From positions 1-64,000 of the IMG/VR virus record IMGVR_UViG_3300044620_000592: a stretch of 64,000 bases of DNA; one strand, written 5' to 3'. The translations under genes were made by a program, and so were the position numbers. This DNA comes from a virus. This document shows, piece by piece, positions 27,873 through 36,987 of the stretch. Below the pieces are notes generated by a model. It made no database searches. It saw only the letters and a program-made list of their open reading frames with translations, and was not told where the DNA came from. The stretch's first letter is position 1, and every line of letters starts with the position of its first letter.

Positions 27873-29039
27873 TCAATCTAGCCAACAAGTATATTCAGCA
27901 GTGACAATTCCCCTCTCAGGATGAACAAACATCAGCGGTTGCGATGCCTTACCGACAGCAGCAAGACTTTCCATTGCGTATGTATTTGTAGACTCAGGGC
28001 TTCCTGAGATACGGCATTGCACACTGTTGAATGTCATCTTAGTAGGGGTATGGAAATGACCAAAATAAACATCATCAAAGTCTTCTTCAATAGCTCCGAC
28101 CTTCCATCCATAAACTTTCTTCTGGAATGAGTAGAGAGCCGAGAGGCTCCCAAACTGATCTCCATGAATCAGCAATGACTTATAGTTACCAATTGTGTCA
28201 ATTGCATACCAGTTTCTTTCTCCACGACCATCGGGGATTACAAACTTAATACGCTTTTCGTTTTCAAACATCAACTGGACAATGCGATAAAGCATTCTGT
28301 CACCATTTGTTTCTGGGTCGTGATCTCGTCTTGCTCTACCGCCAATTGAGCCATGATTACCAATTACACCTACGAATGTAACTGTCTCAAAATGCTCAAG
28401 CATCTTCGTTAAGAAGTTCTTAATAATTCTTGGCCCATCAACAGTAATCTGACGATACAAACCTCCATCAACTAAGAAGCTCTGACCAGGAAAGATTAAC
28501 TCACCCTCAACAATGTCTCCTAAAGCCCATACATGCAAGTGCCGTACAGGATGCTCTGCTCTTTGAATTTCAGTCAAGCGAATAACACTATCTGCATACT
28601 GCTCAATACGCCTTTCACAAATCTCGGAGTTGTAAGTAGGTGTAACCTTTGCTAACTGCCAGTCTGCAATAACAGCGACAGCAACCTCTTCTGAGTGCTT
28701 TCTCTTATCCTTAAACGGGGCAGGGACACGGGTAATCTTGTTATCCTTAATATCCTCTTTCACCGCGCGATAAACAGCATCAGCAATTGCATCCTGCTTT
28801 GTCTTAATCTTTTCATACTCCTGCAATAGCTTTGCATATGAAACTTTTAATTCAGATTCAGTTGTCGGGGCTTTCCCTATAACCGGATTTACGGGGATTT
28901 CTACAAGCCCATTTTCTTTTCTAAACTTGCACAAGCCAAGAGAATCAATTGATTTTCTACAACTTGCATCTGCATATTTTTGGTTTTTTGTATTTGGCTC
29001 AAAGGTCTGATTACAGCCTTCTGCTTCACATTCTTTCAT
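27873..29039 (-). CDS. Calcineurin-like metallophosphoesterase with N-terminal Zn-finger and coiled coil
   Basis: ADWQ, GDIVE, GNHG, HGD, GHFH. Confidence 0.85.
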   Translation of the reverse strand: MKECEAEGCNQTFEPNTKNQKYADASCRKSIDSLGLCKFRKENGLVEIPVNPVIGKAPTTESELKVSYAKLLQEYEKIKTKQDAIADAVYRAVKEDIKDNKITRVPAPFKDKRKHSEEVAVAVIADWQLAKVTPTYNSEICERRIEQYADSVIRLTEIQRAEHPVRHLHVWALGDIVEGELIFPGQSFLVDGGLYRQITVDGPRIIKNFLTKMLEHFETVTFVGVIGNHGSIGGRARRDHDPETNGDRMLYRIVQLMFENEKRIKFVIPDGRGERNWYAIDTIGNYKSLLIHGDQFGSLSALYSFQKKVYGWKVGAIEEDFDDVYFGHFHTPTKMTFNSVQCRISGSPESTNTYAMESLAAVGKASQPLMFVHPERGIVTAEYTCWLD

Positions 29040-29080
29040 TCGGACTCCTTTACAGTCACGAATATAATACCATAGGATAT

Positions 29081-29545
29081 TTAGATGTTAGGTCTTTTAA
29101 GCCTGTTTTCTATGGGTTTATTTTGAGCGTGATTACGCTTTCGTGTATGGGGTTTTGTATTCTTAACAACTTCTCTCATTTTCTCTTTTCGCGCAGCAGA
29201 GGCTCTATGCCCTTCTTTATGAACTGCACTATGCTCTGAGTGTGTGCATAGGAAAAGGTTATCTAATCTATTATCAACTTTAATTTCATTGATATGATGA
29301 ACTGTTTCCCAAGGCTCTAGATAGCGGCCTAAGTACTCTTCCATAACAAGACGATGCTCATAAGCATATCCACGAATATTTTTAGGATGATCGGTCTTTA
29401 AGACTCGTACATAACCTTTATCATCAATGTATTTACCACCGTTATAGTTTGCACTATCTTCACCAGATGGCATTTCATCGGACCATTTTACATCATTTCT
29501 TTGAGATGCAAGTCCTCTACTCATTTTAAGCGATTCCGCCAGCAT
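29081..29545 (-). CDS. HNH endonuclease (possible homing endonuclease)
   Basis: EHRLVMEEYLGRYL...VHHINEIKVDNRLDNL...H. Confidence 0.85.
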   Translation of the reverse strand: MLAESLKMSRGLASQRNDVKWSDEMPSGEDSANYNGGKYIDDKGYVRVLKTDHPKNIRGYAYEHRLVMEEYLGRYLEPWETVHHINEIKVDNRLDNLFLCTHSEHSAVHKEGHRASAARKEKMREVVKNTKPHTRKRNHAQNKPIENRLKRPNI

Positions 29546-30200
29546 CCTCTATATAGAACTGAAGAGCGCCAGACGAAGCCAGCACTGTCCAGTTTGAAGC
29601 GTTATTAGGGCCAGTTGTAGGAGGTTGACTTCTTTGCAACTCAACAAAGTAGCTTTGGTTTTGCAAAGACTCATTCGCAATAATATATTGATAAGTCCCA
29701 GCACCAAAAGAATAACCATCCCTCGCACGAAGATTTCCAATTGCAATATTCGCAGGGGTTGTCGCTGATGTATCCCAATAGGTAGACGAACCAGAACTTA
29801 AAACAAAAGCAGCAACAATATCACCACTGCCTGCGGTATTACCTTTCCGAAATCTGAGATAGTAGGTGCTATCTTCACCGCCCAGATCATCTTGTGCAAT
29901 GCCGGGAAGATTTAAAACCAGTCTATAATATCTAGAACTTTCTATTGTCACTCTATTATCGTAAGCAACATTGCCAATAGTTTCCTGAGTTAATGCAATA
30001 AGTTTTGTATTTGCAAACATATTGTTTGGAGTATTAGTTATATTGGTATTAGCAAGAGCAAGTTTTAAAATACCTCTTGGCTTATCGTCATTGACAATCT
30101 TAACTTGGTCAATATTAATTGACATCTGGTTAAGACGAACACTTGTAATCGGAGTTGTGTCTGCCCATGAGACAATTGAGTAGTTAGTGTAATCAGCCAT
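29526..30200 (-). CDS. Minor tail protein
   Basis: W..TPITSVRLNQM N-terminal fibre-anchor-like motif; beta-rich; end of tail module. Confidence 0.6.
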   Translation of the reverse strand: MADYTNYSIVSWADTTPITSVRLNQMSINIDQVKIVNDDKPRGILKLALANTNITNTPNNMFANTKLIALTQETIGNVAYDNRVTIESSRYYRLVLNLPGIAQDDLGGEDSTYYLRFRKGNTAGSGDIVAAFVLSSGSSTYWDTSATTPANIAIGNLRARDGYSFGAGTYQYIIANESLQNQSYFVELQRSQPPTTGPNNASNWTVLASSGALQFYIEDAGGIA

Positions 30201-30207
30201 TTAAATA

Positions 30208-31653
30208 TTATACACCCTCAAGGGTTTGAACCCTAGTCTGCAATGAATTAACTTTATCTGAAAGTTCTTGAATTGCCTTTACACACAGCACAAGGACATC
30301 GATATCCTCCCACATTGTAGGTTTCCATGAGGAAAAGTCAAAATATCCCCCCTCACCATATGGATCATCTGTTGTGTATTCATGAGAATAGCTGACCAAC
30401 TCTGGTCTTGTATCAAAAACTTCTTCAACAATAAAACCGTATTTTAAGTCAAGTTGAGCGAAAGCTCTTGCTTCTTCTGTCCAAGGCTGTTGAGTATTCG
30501 GGTCAACTGGATAGAAAGCATCAACTTTAAAATTATAAGTTCTTGGTCTTAAATCAGAGAGAATGCTCAAAGCATCTTGAATGTCTTCTATGTTTTCTTT
30601 AAGTTCTCTCAAAGATGACGGTCTGCAGAGATTATCGAACCCAGCTTCATCACCTTGGGTTACACGGGCTGTTGTGCTTGAGCCAGTTGTTCTAAAAGAT
30701 GTAGTTGCTTTAATGTTAAATCCATTTCCAACTTTAACTCCGCCATTTGTGGTAATAGCATCAGCGTTGGTACTGTTTGCGCTTAAAGTTGTGGAGTATG
30801 CACCATTGTTTACAAATATCTGGCTTGTATCAATTCTTGAACCTGTAATTGTAGTTGCTGACTCAGAAGCATATGCGTATATCCTTCCAGGATGGACATA
30901 TGATGTCGCATATTCATCATCATAAACTCCATGCAAATTTAAAGTAGCATCTGTGCCTAATCTTGCTGTATAGTTTGTACCAGCAATATTTATTGTTTTA
31001 AATAAACCAGATGAGTCAATGCTCCATCCGCCAATTGTTCCTGAATTTGATGTTATAGTTCCAGTTATATCTGCGTTAACTGCTGTTACATTTCCGGTTG
31101 CAGTAACATTAAAGTTAGTGCTTGAAATAGAACCATCTGAAAGAATATCAATACCAGGAGTACTAACGGAGTTGGCTATAATAGCTCCACGAATTGAAGC
31201 GCTGGAGAACTCTGCACTACCAGCATGTGTTATTGCCCATCCAGCATTGCCTTGCGCTGTTATAGCCCCATCTGAATTAATGGTGCCATTGTAGTTTTTA
31301 CTTTTAATAACATTATTAACAAGTATGATGTTTGAAGCAAGCTCCCCAGAAGTAATTGTTCCAGAAGCAATCTCCCTAGCGGTGATTGTGTTAGCTTGAA
31401 TTGCAATACCTCTTGGGTTAAGAACCCTATTCTCAATAGTGCTAATAATAAAGCTTTCTAAGTTTTTAACATTGGTATCTTCAAAGTTTCTTCTTGGAGT
31501 TCCAACAGGTGCAACTGGGTATACTGGGAAGTCAAATATAGAGTATCTTGTATAATCAATTAAACTAGATGTAAGACCATCGTGTTTATGTCCGTTGTCT
31601 CTTTTAAATATAACTTGATTTTCATTTATATTAATTTTTTTATCAGTTGTCAT
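30208..31653 (-). CDS. Tail fibre with C-terminal peptidase S74-like intramolecular chaperone
   Basis: SSLRELKENIEDI...LRPRTYNF...YGFIVEEV...VKAIQEL. Confidence 0.8.
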   Translation of the reverse strand: MTTDKKININENQVIFKRDNGHKHDGLTSSLIDYTRYSIFDFPVYPVAPVGTPRRNFEDTNVKNLESFIISTIENRVLNPRGIAIQANTITAREIASGTITSGELASNIILVNNVIKSKNYNGTINSDGAITAQGNAGWAITHAGSAEFSSASIRGAIIANSVSTPGIDILSDGSISSTNFNVTATGNVTAVNADITGTITSNSGTIGGWSIDSSGLFKTINIAGTNYTARLGTDATLNLHGVYDDEYATSYVHPGRIYAYASESATTITGSRIDTSQIFVNNGAYSTTLSANSTNADAITTNGGVKVGNGFNIKATTSFRTTGSSTTARVTQGDEAGFDNLCRPSSLRELKENIEDIQDALSILSDLRPRTYNFKVDAFYPVDPNTQQPWTEEARAFAQLDLKYGFIVEEVFDTRPELVSYSHEYTTDDPYGEGGYFDFSSWKPTMWEDIDVLVLCVKAIQELSDKVNSLQTRVQTLEGV

Positions 31654-34600
31654 TACACTACCTTCCTTAAAGTAAGAGATTGAGAGATTGATTCACCATA
31701 GGAAAACTCTTGAGAAATGACCCAGTAATCTTGATTGGATATATCGAATGCATCAAGAGATGCAATCCTAATTCTATCACCTAATTGGATTTTTGGCACA
31801 CACATTGTATTAATTGTCATAATGGGAACCGGATCGCTAACTTTATCAATAATAAACTTAGCTATTTTTTGTGCATGGTCTACTGAAGTTATGTAGGGGC
31901 TTTCAATTGTTAATTCTTTTAATCCATATTTTCTAATATTTTCAGAAAGAGATTCTTTCTTTTCGGTAACTTGCGCGGTGTTTTCAACAGATATTACAGG
32001 TATGCCATAAATGGCAAATCCAGAAACAATATTTGATCTAGGGTCTTCGCCTTGAAGATACACATGCGTATCATATGCAACATTTGCAGAAGCAGATACA
32101 ATTACTCTTGCGGTATATGGGTTGCTTTCAAATTTTAGAATGTCAATAGTATTAGGCTCGTCATCAATTATTCCGGTTGCAATTGGGGATAAAACTGTAA
32201 CAGCTGGCTTTTTATCATATGTAACTTCATAATATCTAGCCTCTCTAATCTTTGTATCAATGGGTACTTCGTTAAGAATAGGAGTTCCAAACTTACCTCT
32301 TTCTACATCCAAAAAGAAGTTATCCGATTTTGAACCATATCTGACAATCTCAGTTTGATTACCCTTAGTAAAGGCAAGAAAACCAACATTAGCAAACACA
32401 GGTTCGTTAGTTGTTGATACCCTAATACCCGCAGTATCAGTTAAAATTTCAGTCTGCAGTTTAACAACACCTAAAGAAACACCATCATCAACAGTCCACA
32501 AAGTTTCTGGCTGATCTGAAAGCTTTGATACGCTCGATATTTTTACAACAACTTTATTAGTCTGTATTTGAACATCCAAACTTGAATCTATTATGTTTGT
32601 AGTATCGCTAAAGTCATATTGCTTTATAGCATGCTGATTAATTGATGGTTCAAAAAAACGGTTGTAGTGTTCATATCGGCCATAACCCTCTTCATCAATA
32701 TAGAATCTCCCAAGGTCTGCAAGAGTGATTTCATCAATAGCCCCTCTTAAGTGCTCTTGCTCAGAGTACAGGTATGGAAAGACTGCGACATACTCAACCT
32801 GAGATGAGATGTACCTGTCCAAAATTTCTCCTGAGGTAAGGCATCTTTTATAAATAGCGTATTCGTCAATAATAAATTGCCTTGCAATGGCAGGGGCAAC
32901 CTCTTGTGTTGAGAATCTTGCGCCCCTACCTCCGATTGTTGTATCAAAAATATTTGTAACAATCGTGCCATTAATAACATCTGTATCTTTTAATTCACCA
33001 TTAACATAATAAGATAATGTTTTTGTTGCAACTTTATAGGTTACAGCAATATGATAAAACTCGGATTGCAAAAGTTCTGTATTATCCGAAACAAATGATG
33101 TAGTTGTAGTAGGGCCAGTTGTTTTAATTTTAAATCCATGACTTGATACATTGTTATAATAAAACTCAAAGCCATTTGTCGGATTAGAGTTAGCCCAAGA
33201 TGATAAATACTCGCCATCTCCAATGTCAAAATGACCATCATTAAATTTTGCAAGAAGTTCTATCGTAAAATCTTCTTCTTTTATTGCAATAGATGTGTGT
33301 GTAGGTATTCTAATGTAGCCATCGTCAATAAGAAGAATTCCTTTATCAGAATTATCAGAATCTATTCTTTGAGAATAACTTAATTGTGCATTGCTATGAA
33401 TAAAACCATCATTTTGATTATGGACTTCTGAGATATCATAGAGAGAGTACGAGGTAGGGACAGTGCCTGTTAAGTTTCTTGAACCTAAACCATCTCTTGC
33501 GACAACGGATCTAACTTGACTTGCAGGGATAAGAGCCTTTGTTGCTCCAATGAGGGAATGAAGGCTCATTGAAAAATTAGCATTTCCAGAACCATGAAAA
33601 AATTCAATTCTTATGCGGTAAGGATTTCCAGCGATTAATGAAATAGGGTTTGAGGCAAGAGAGATAGATGTATTTTCTTCACTTGAGCTGGCTAACAAAA
33701 GGTCGTCAAGGTACAGACGACCTCCCCCATTTAAGATATCAACAATAAGGCTTTGAGACCCAGTTGTTGTAGGGAAATAGTATCCATCAATAACGCCATT
33801 AAAATATTTTGCATAGGTAGCAGAATTAATAATGCTTACAAAAGTATAATTAGTTAAATTCAAAGCATTAAGTGATGGTTCCCCTGTCTCACGGGGTAAT
33901 GAAATATCAGGAGAATTTACTGTAAGGTCTGGAGCTGCGTAAGCGTTGATGCCTTTAATTCTTTCTTCTACTGATAGATTCTTTTCTAAGGCATCGGCTT
34001 TAATGGTTTTATATGTTAATTCTTTTCCTTCTCTCATACCCCAAAAACGACATCTTAACCCCGGAGCAAGTGTTGTCAAATTCCCATTTTTATCAATTGA
34101 ATCTTCACTAAATGAATATCTTGCAACTCCTCCGAGTTGAGATATCCCTCTGCTATAAGGAAGAACTTGTTTAAAATCTCCCTTGGGGAAGTTTCTTCTT
34201 GAAAGAAGGTTGTTAACAGCCTCGCTTACAGTCTTTCCTTCCAGTAAGAATCCATTTGTAAGTTTTTTTTCGGTTAAATACTTTGACCAATCACTTGCAG
34301 AAACAGATACTGTCATGTCAGAACTAGATGATGACCATTCATCAACGTAAAATTCCCCCATGCTGACATACTCGTATGGGTCAAATGTAACAACTGAGCC
34401 AGCAATGTGAGTTTCTGCATCCGTTTGACCAACTCCTCTTTCAGATACACTAACTGTGTTTGTTGATGTAACGGCATTGCAAAGAATAACTTCTCTATTT
34501 TCTTTATTTGGATTAATTGTAACAATAAAATTATTATTAACCCCTCCTGCTGGGAATATGTCAGAATTGTCAACTGTGAAAGATGATGCTGAATTACTCA

Positions 34601-35576
34601 TATTAGATCTTAAAACGGTGTTAGAAATTACATCATTTGTTTTTTTAATTCGCCATCCAGTTGAAACATTTATTTTTAAATCTTTTTTCATGTATTTTCC
34701 ATACAACGAAGAGTTATTAAAGATATTCCAATCTTTTCCTGTGTTATCTAACTTCAAAGTAAGCTTAGGACTTGAAGAACCGCCGATTGGGAGGTTGCTT
34801 TCATGAATGTCTCTTGCTCTTGAGATGCTGTAGTCAATTACATGGTCTGTAATATCGACTTCATATATTGGGGAAATTTCATGAATTCTTGCATAGTCTA
34901 ATCCATTCTTCGTAGAGAGAATAGTTATTTCAATTCTCTTTGCTAAAAATGAAGATGCTATAGCGTTATTACTATTTAAATAAACTTCTTTATAATACTC
35001 ATCATCATTTAAGGTGAATGTCTTATCTAAGATGTCGACTAATGAAGAGTTCTTTACTTTAACTCTAAAACTTTTAACTTGTCCATAGTATTCAGATGTT
35101 GTAATTTTAATCTTATTAACTTTTCTTTCTTCAAAAGCAAAAGTAATAACTGGCGATGAGGCAAATACGCCATTAGCAGCGCTTCTTGTTTTAGACCACC
35201 ACCCAAACTCATAATCGCCATCAAGTTTGCTATCTGTATCAACACTTGTTGGCATACAATGCCAAGTACCATCAGCCGTAATAATCTTGCCATTTTTAGC
35301 AAGAGCATCTGTTACGGCCCATGTAAAAGATTCTCTTTCGTAGCCATTAATCATCTGCTCTTCTGTGCAGTAATAACCAATTGAGCCTTCTGATTTTACA
35401 ATGTGAGCATCGGTATTGGTAATATTCGCATTCCCCGTCAGGGCATTTTCCAAGGTGATATGTCTGCTATCCAACAAGTCAATTGTAATTTTTGGCTTAA
35501 CATTCTGAGCTGTTGCTTCAATAGCATTATTGAAATAATTTGATAAATTTGCTCCATATGTATTTTTTGTTAACAT
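31653..35576 (-). CDS. Large minor tail / hub protein with PA14-like and LamG-like domains
   Basis: After the tape measure; YRIRIEFFHG (PA14-like), FTIE...HIAVTY...YVNG...IDEYAIY (LamG), SIRKYG-type hub C-terminus. Confidence 0.75.
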   Translation of the reverse strand: MLTKNTYGANLSNYFNNAIEATAQNVKPKITIDLLDSRHITLENALTGNANITNTDAHIVKSEGSIGYYCTEEQMINGYERESFTWAVTDALAKNGKIITADGTWHCMPTSVDTDSKLDGDYEFGWWSKTRSAANGVFASSPVITFAFEERKVNKIKITTSEYYGQVKSFRVKVKNSSLVDILDKTFTLNDDEYYKEVYLNSNNAIASSFLAKRIEITILSTKNGLDYARIHEISPIYEVDITDHVIDYSISRARDIHESNLPIGGSSSPKLTLKLDNTGKDWNIFNNSSLYGKYMKKDLKINVSTGWRIKKTNDVISNTVLRSNMSNSASSFTVDNSDIFPAGGVNNNFIVTINPNKENREVILCNAVTSTNTVSVSERGVGQTDAETHIAGSVVTFDPYEYVSMGEFYVDEWSSSSSDMTVSVSASDWSKYLTEKKLTNGFLLEGKTVSEAVNNLLSRRNFPKGDFKQVLPYSRGISQLGGVARYSFSEDSIDKNGNLTTLAPGLRCRFWGMREGKELTYKTIKADALEKNLSVEERIKGINAYAAPDLTVNSPDISLPRETGEPSLNALNLTNYTFVSIINSATYAKYFNGVIDGYYFPTTTGSQSLIVDILNGGGRLYLDDLLLASSSEENTSISLASNPISLIAGNPYRIRIEFFHGSGNANFSMSLHSLIGATKALIPASQVRSVVARDGLGSRNLTGTVPTSYSLYDISEVHNQNDGFIHSNAQLSYSQRIDSDNSDKGILLIDDGYIRIPTHTSIAIKEEDFTIELLAKFNDGHFDIGDGEYLSSWANSNPTNGFEFYYNNVSSHGFKIKTTGPTTTTSFVSDNTELLQSEFYHIAVTYKVATKTLSYYVNGELKDTDVINGTIVTNIFDTTIGGRGARFSTQEVAPAIARQFIIDEYAIYKRCLTSGEILDRYISSQVEYVAVFPYLYSEQEHLRGAIDEITLADLGRFYIDEEGYGRYEHYNRFFEPSINQHAIKQYDFSDTTNIIDSSLDVQIQTNKVVVKISSVSKLSDQPETLWTVDDGVSLGVVKLQTEILTDTAGIRVSTTNEPVFANVGFLAFTKGNQTEIVRYGSKSDNFFLDVERGKFGTPILNEVPIDTKIREARYYEVTYDKKPAVTVLSPIATGIIDDEPNTIDILKFESNPYTARVIVSASANVAYDTHVYLQGEDPRSNIVSGFAIYGIPVISVENTAQVTEKKESLSENIRKYGLKELTIESPYITSVDHAQKIAKFIIDKVSDPVPIMTINTMCVPKIQLGDRIRIASLDAFDISNQDYWVISQEFSYGESISQSLTLRKVV

Positions 35577-36568
35577 TACACCTCTTCCAAAGTTAAATTA
35601 CAGTCATACAAGTATACACCTTCATTAACATATCTTCTAACAAGTGTCTCTGAATACCCCCTGACAAAGACTGTATAAGAGGTCTCAGTATACGCTGTAA
35701 GGCCATTCTCGTCTTGATTAAGGACTTTTAAAACATGTGCATCTGGGTCTTCAGCTATTGAGTTTAGAAAATCCCTGCCGTGTCTGAGGTCAACTGTGTC
35801 CTCCATTGAGTTAGGAAGCATTGACCAAGAAAGATTAAATGTTCTTCTTCCAGAACTTGTAGCTCTTTTATAGTATCTATTACTTCTATTATCCCAATTT
35901 CTATTTTCAATAAATAATGGAGACAATGAAGAATCAAAAACTCTATTGTGATTAGTCAATGGCTTATTGTCTAAAGTGAATAATGTTCTTATTGACGTAT
36001 CATCAATATAAGATGGAGAGAGCCTAATAGGGGGTTTTACAATTGACTTAACTATTATTGGCAACTGCGCTTCTAGAGTTGAAATTGTTTTAGTTCTAAA
36101 GTCTGCAGAAGCAGAAATTGAAGCAACTGATTTTAATAAGGTGAGTTTTATAGCACTTGTTGTCGAAGTAGAGACAATATGAGCATCTGATACGAATCTA
36201 GTCACCTTTTGGCATGAGGCCGATGCCGATGTTTCTATATTAACCGTAGAAGATGCTGTTGCTATTTTCTGAGTTGTCCCAGTAAGTTCAGATTGGATAT
36301 GAACAATTGATAAAACATTTAAAATCTCTAATAAGATTGTATCTTTTACTCCCTCAATTTCAATTGAGGATTGAATTTCAACAATCTTTCTTAGGAAGGG
36401 CGTATCAAAAGATGACTCTATTGCAATTGATGAAGATACACATGCAACACGGACAGCAGATGATTCAACTTGAGAATTTACTTGAATGAATGTTTCGACC
36501 TTGACTCCGCCAATATAGAAGTCAATATCATTAACTTTGGGGCTTATCTCGTAATATTCATCAGCCAT
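35576..36568 (-). CDS. Minor tail protein
   Basis: C-terminal ~135 aa paralogous to 36568..36987 (HNR.F...RTF.L...LP...TVD...GRD.L). Confidence 0.7.
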   Translation of the reverse strand: MADEYYEISPKVNDIDFYIGGVKVETFIQVNSQVESSAVRVACVSSSIAIESSFDTPFLRKIVEIQSSIEIEGVKDTILLEILNVLSIVHIQSELTGTTQKIATASSTVNIETSASASCQKVTRFVSDAHIVSTSTTSAIKLTLLKSVASISASADFRTKTISTLEAQLPIIVKSIVKPPIRLSPSYIDDTSIRTLFTLDNKPLTNHNRVFDSSLSPLFIENRNWDNRSNRYYKRATSSGRRTFNLSWSMLPNSMEDTVDLRHGRDFLNSIAEDPDAHVLKVLNQDENGLTAYTETSYTVFVRGYSETLVRRYVNEGVYLYDCNLTLEEV

Positions 36569-36987
36569 TATTGTTCACCCAATTCAACAGATACATCGTA
36601 ATAAGAGCATGCAGATTTTATATCTCTTCTTACTAACTTTTCAGTATAAGAATTAACAAAGCAAGTGTATGTCTTGAAGTCGTCTGCGGGAGAGAGCTTT
36701 ATTGAAACCGTTACTGTTCCTCTTGTATTTGCGAGGGCTGACAGATAGTCTCGACCTCTTCTCCCATCAACCGTGTGGTCAGTATTATTTGGAAGATATG
36801 TAAAATCTAAACTAAATGTTCTTTTATTCTTTCTAATGTATCTTCTAATTTTTCCTCTTGAAAGTTCAACATCAGATCCGGCCTGCTCAACGGATGAGTT
36901 AAACTTGCGATTATGTTCTGTAATCTCTTGTCCATTAATTGACAATAGATGGATTAGACCTGTCTGCTGGTTTGGAATTGGTGCCAT
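36568..36987 (-). CDS. Distal tail (Dit)-like protein
   Basis: Immediately after the tape measure; size and beta pattern. Confidence 0.6.
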   Translation of the reverse strand: MAPIPNQQTGLIHLLSINGQEITEHNRKFNSSVEQAGSDVELSRGKIRRYIRKNKRTFSLDFTYLPNNTDHTVDGRRGRDYLSALANTRGTVTVSIKLSPADDFKTYTCFVNSYTEKLVRRDIKSACSYYDVSVELGEQ

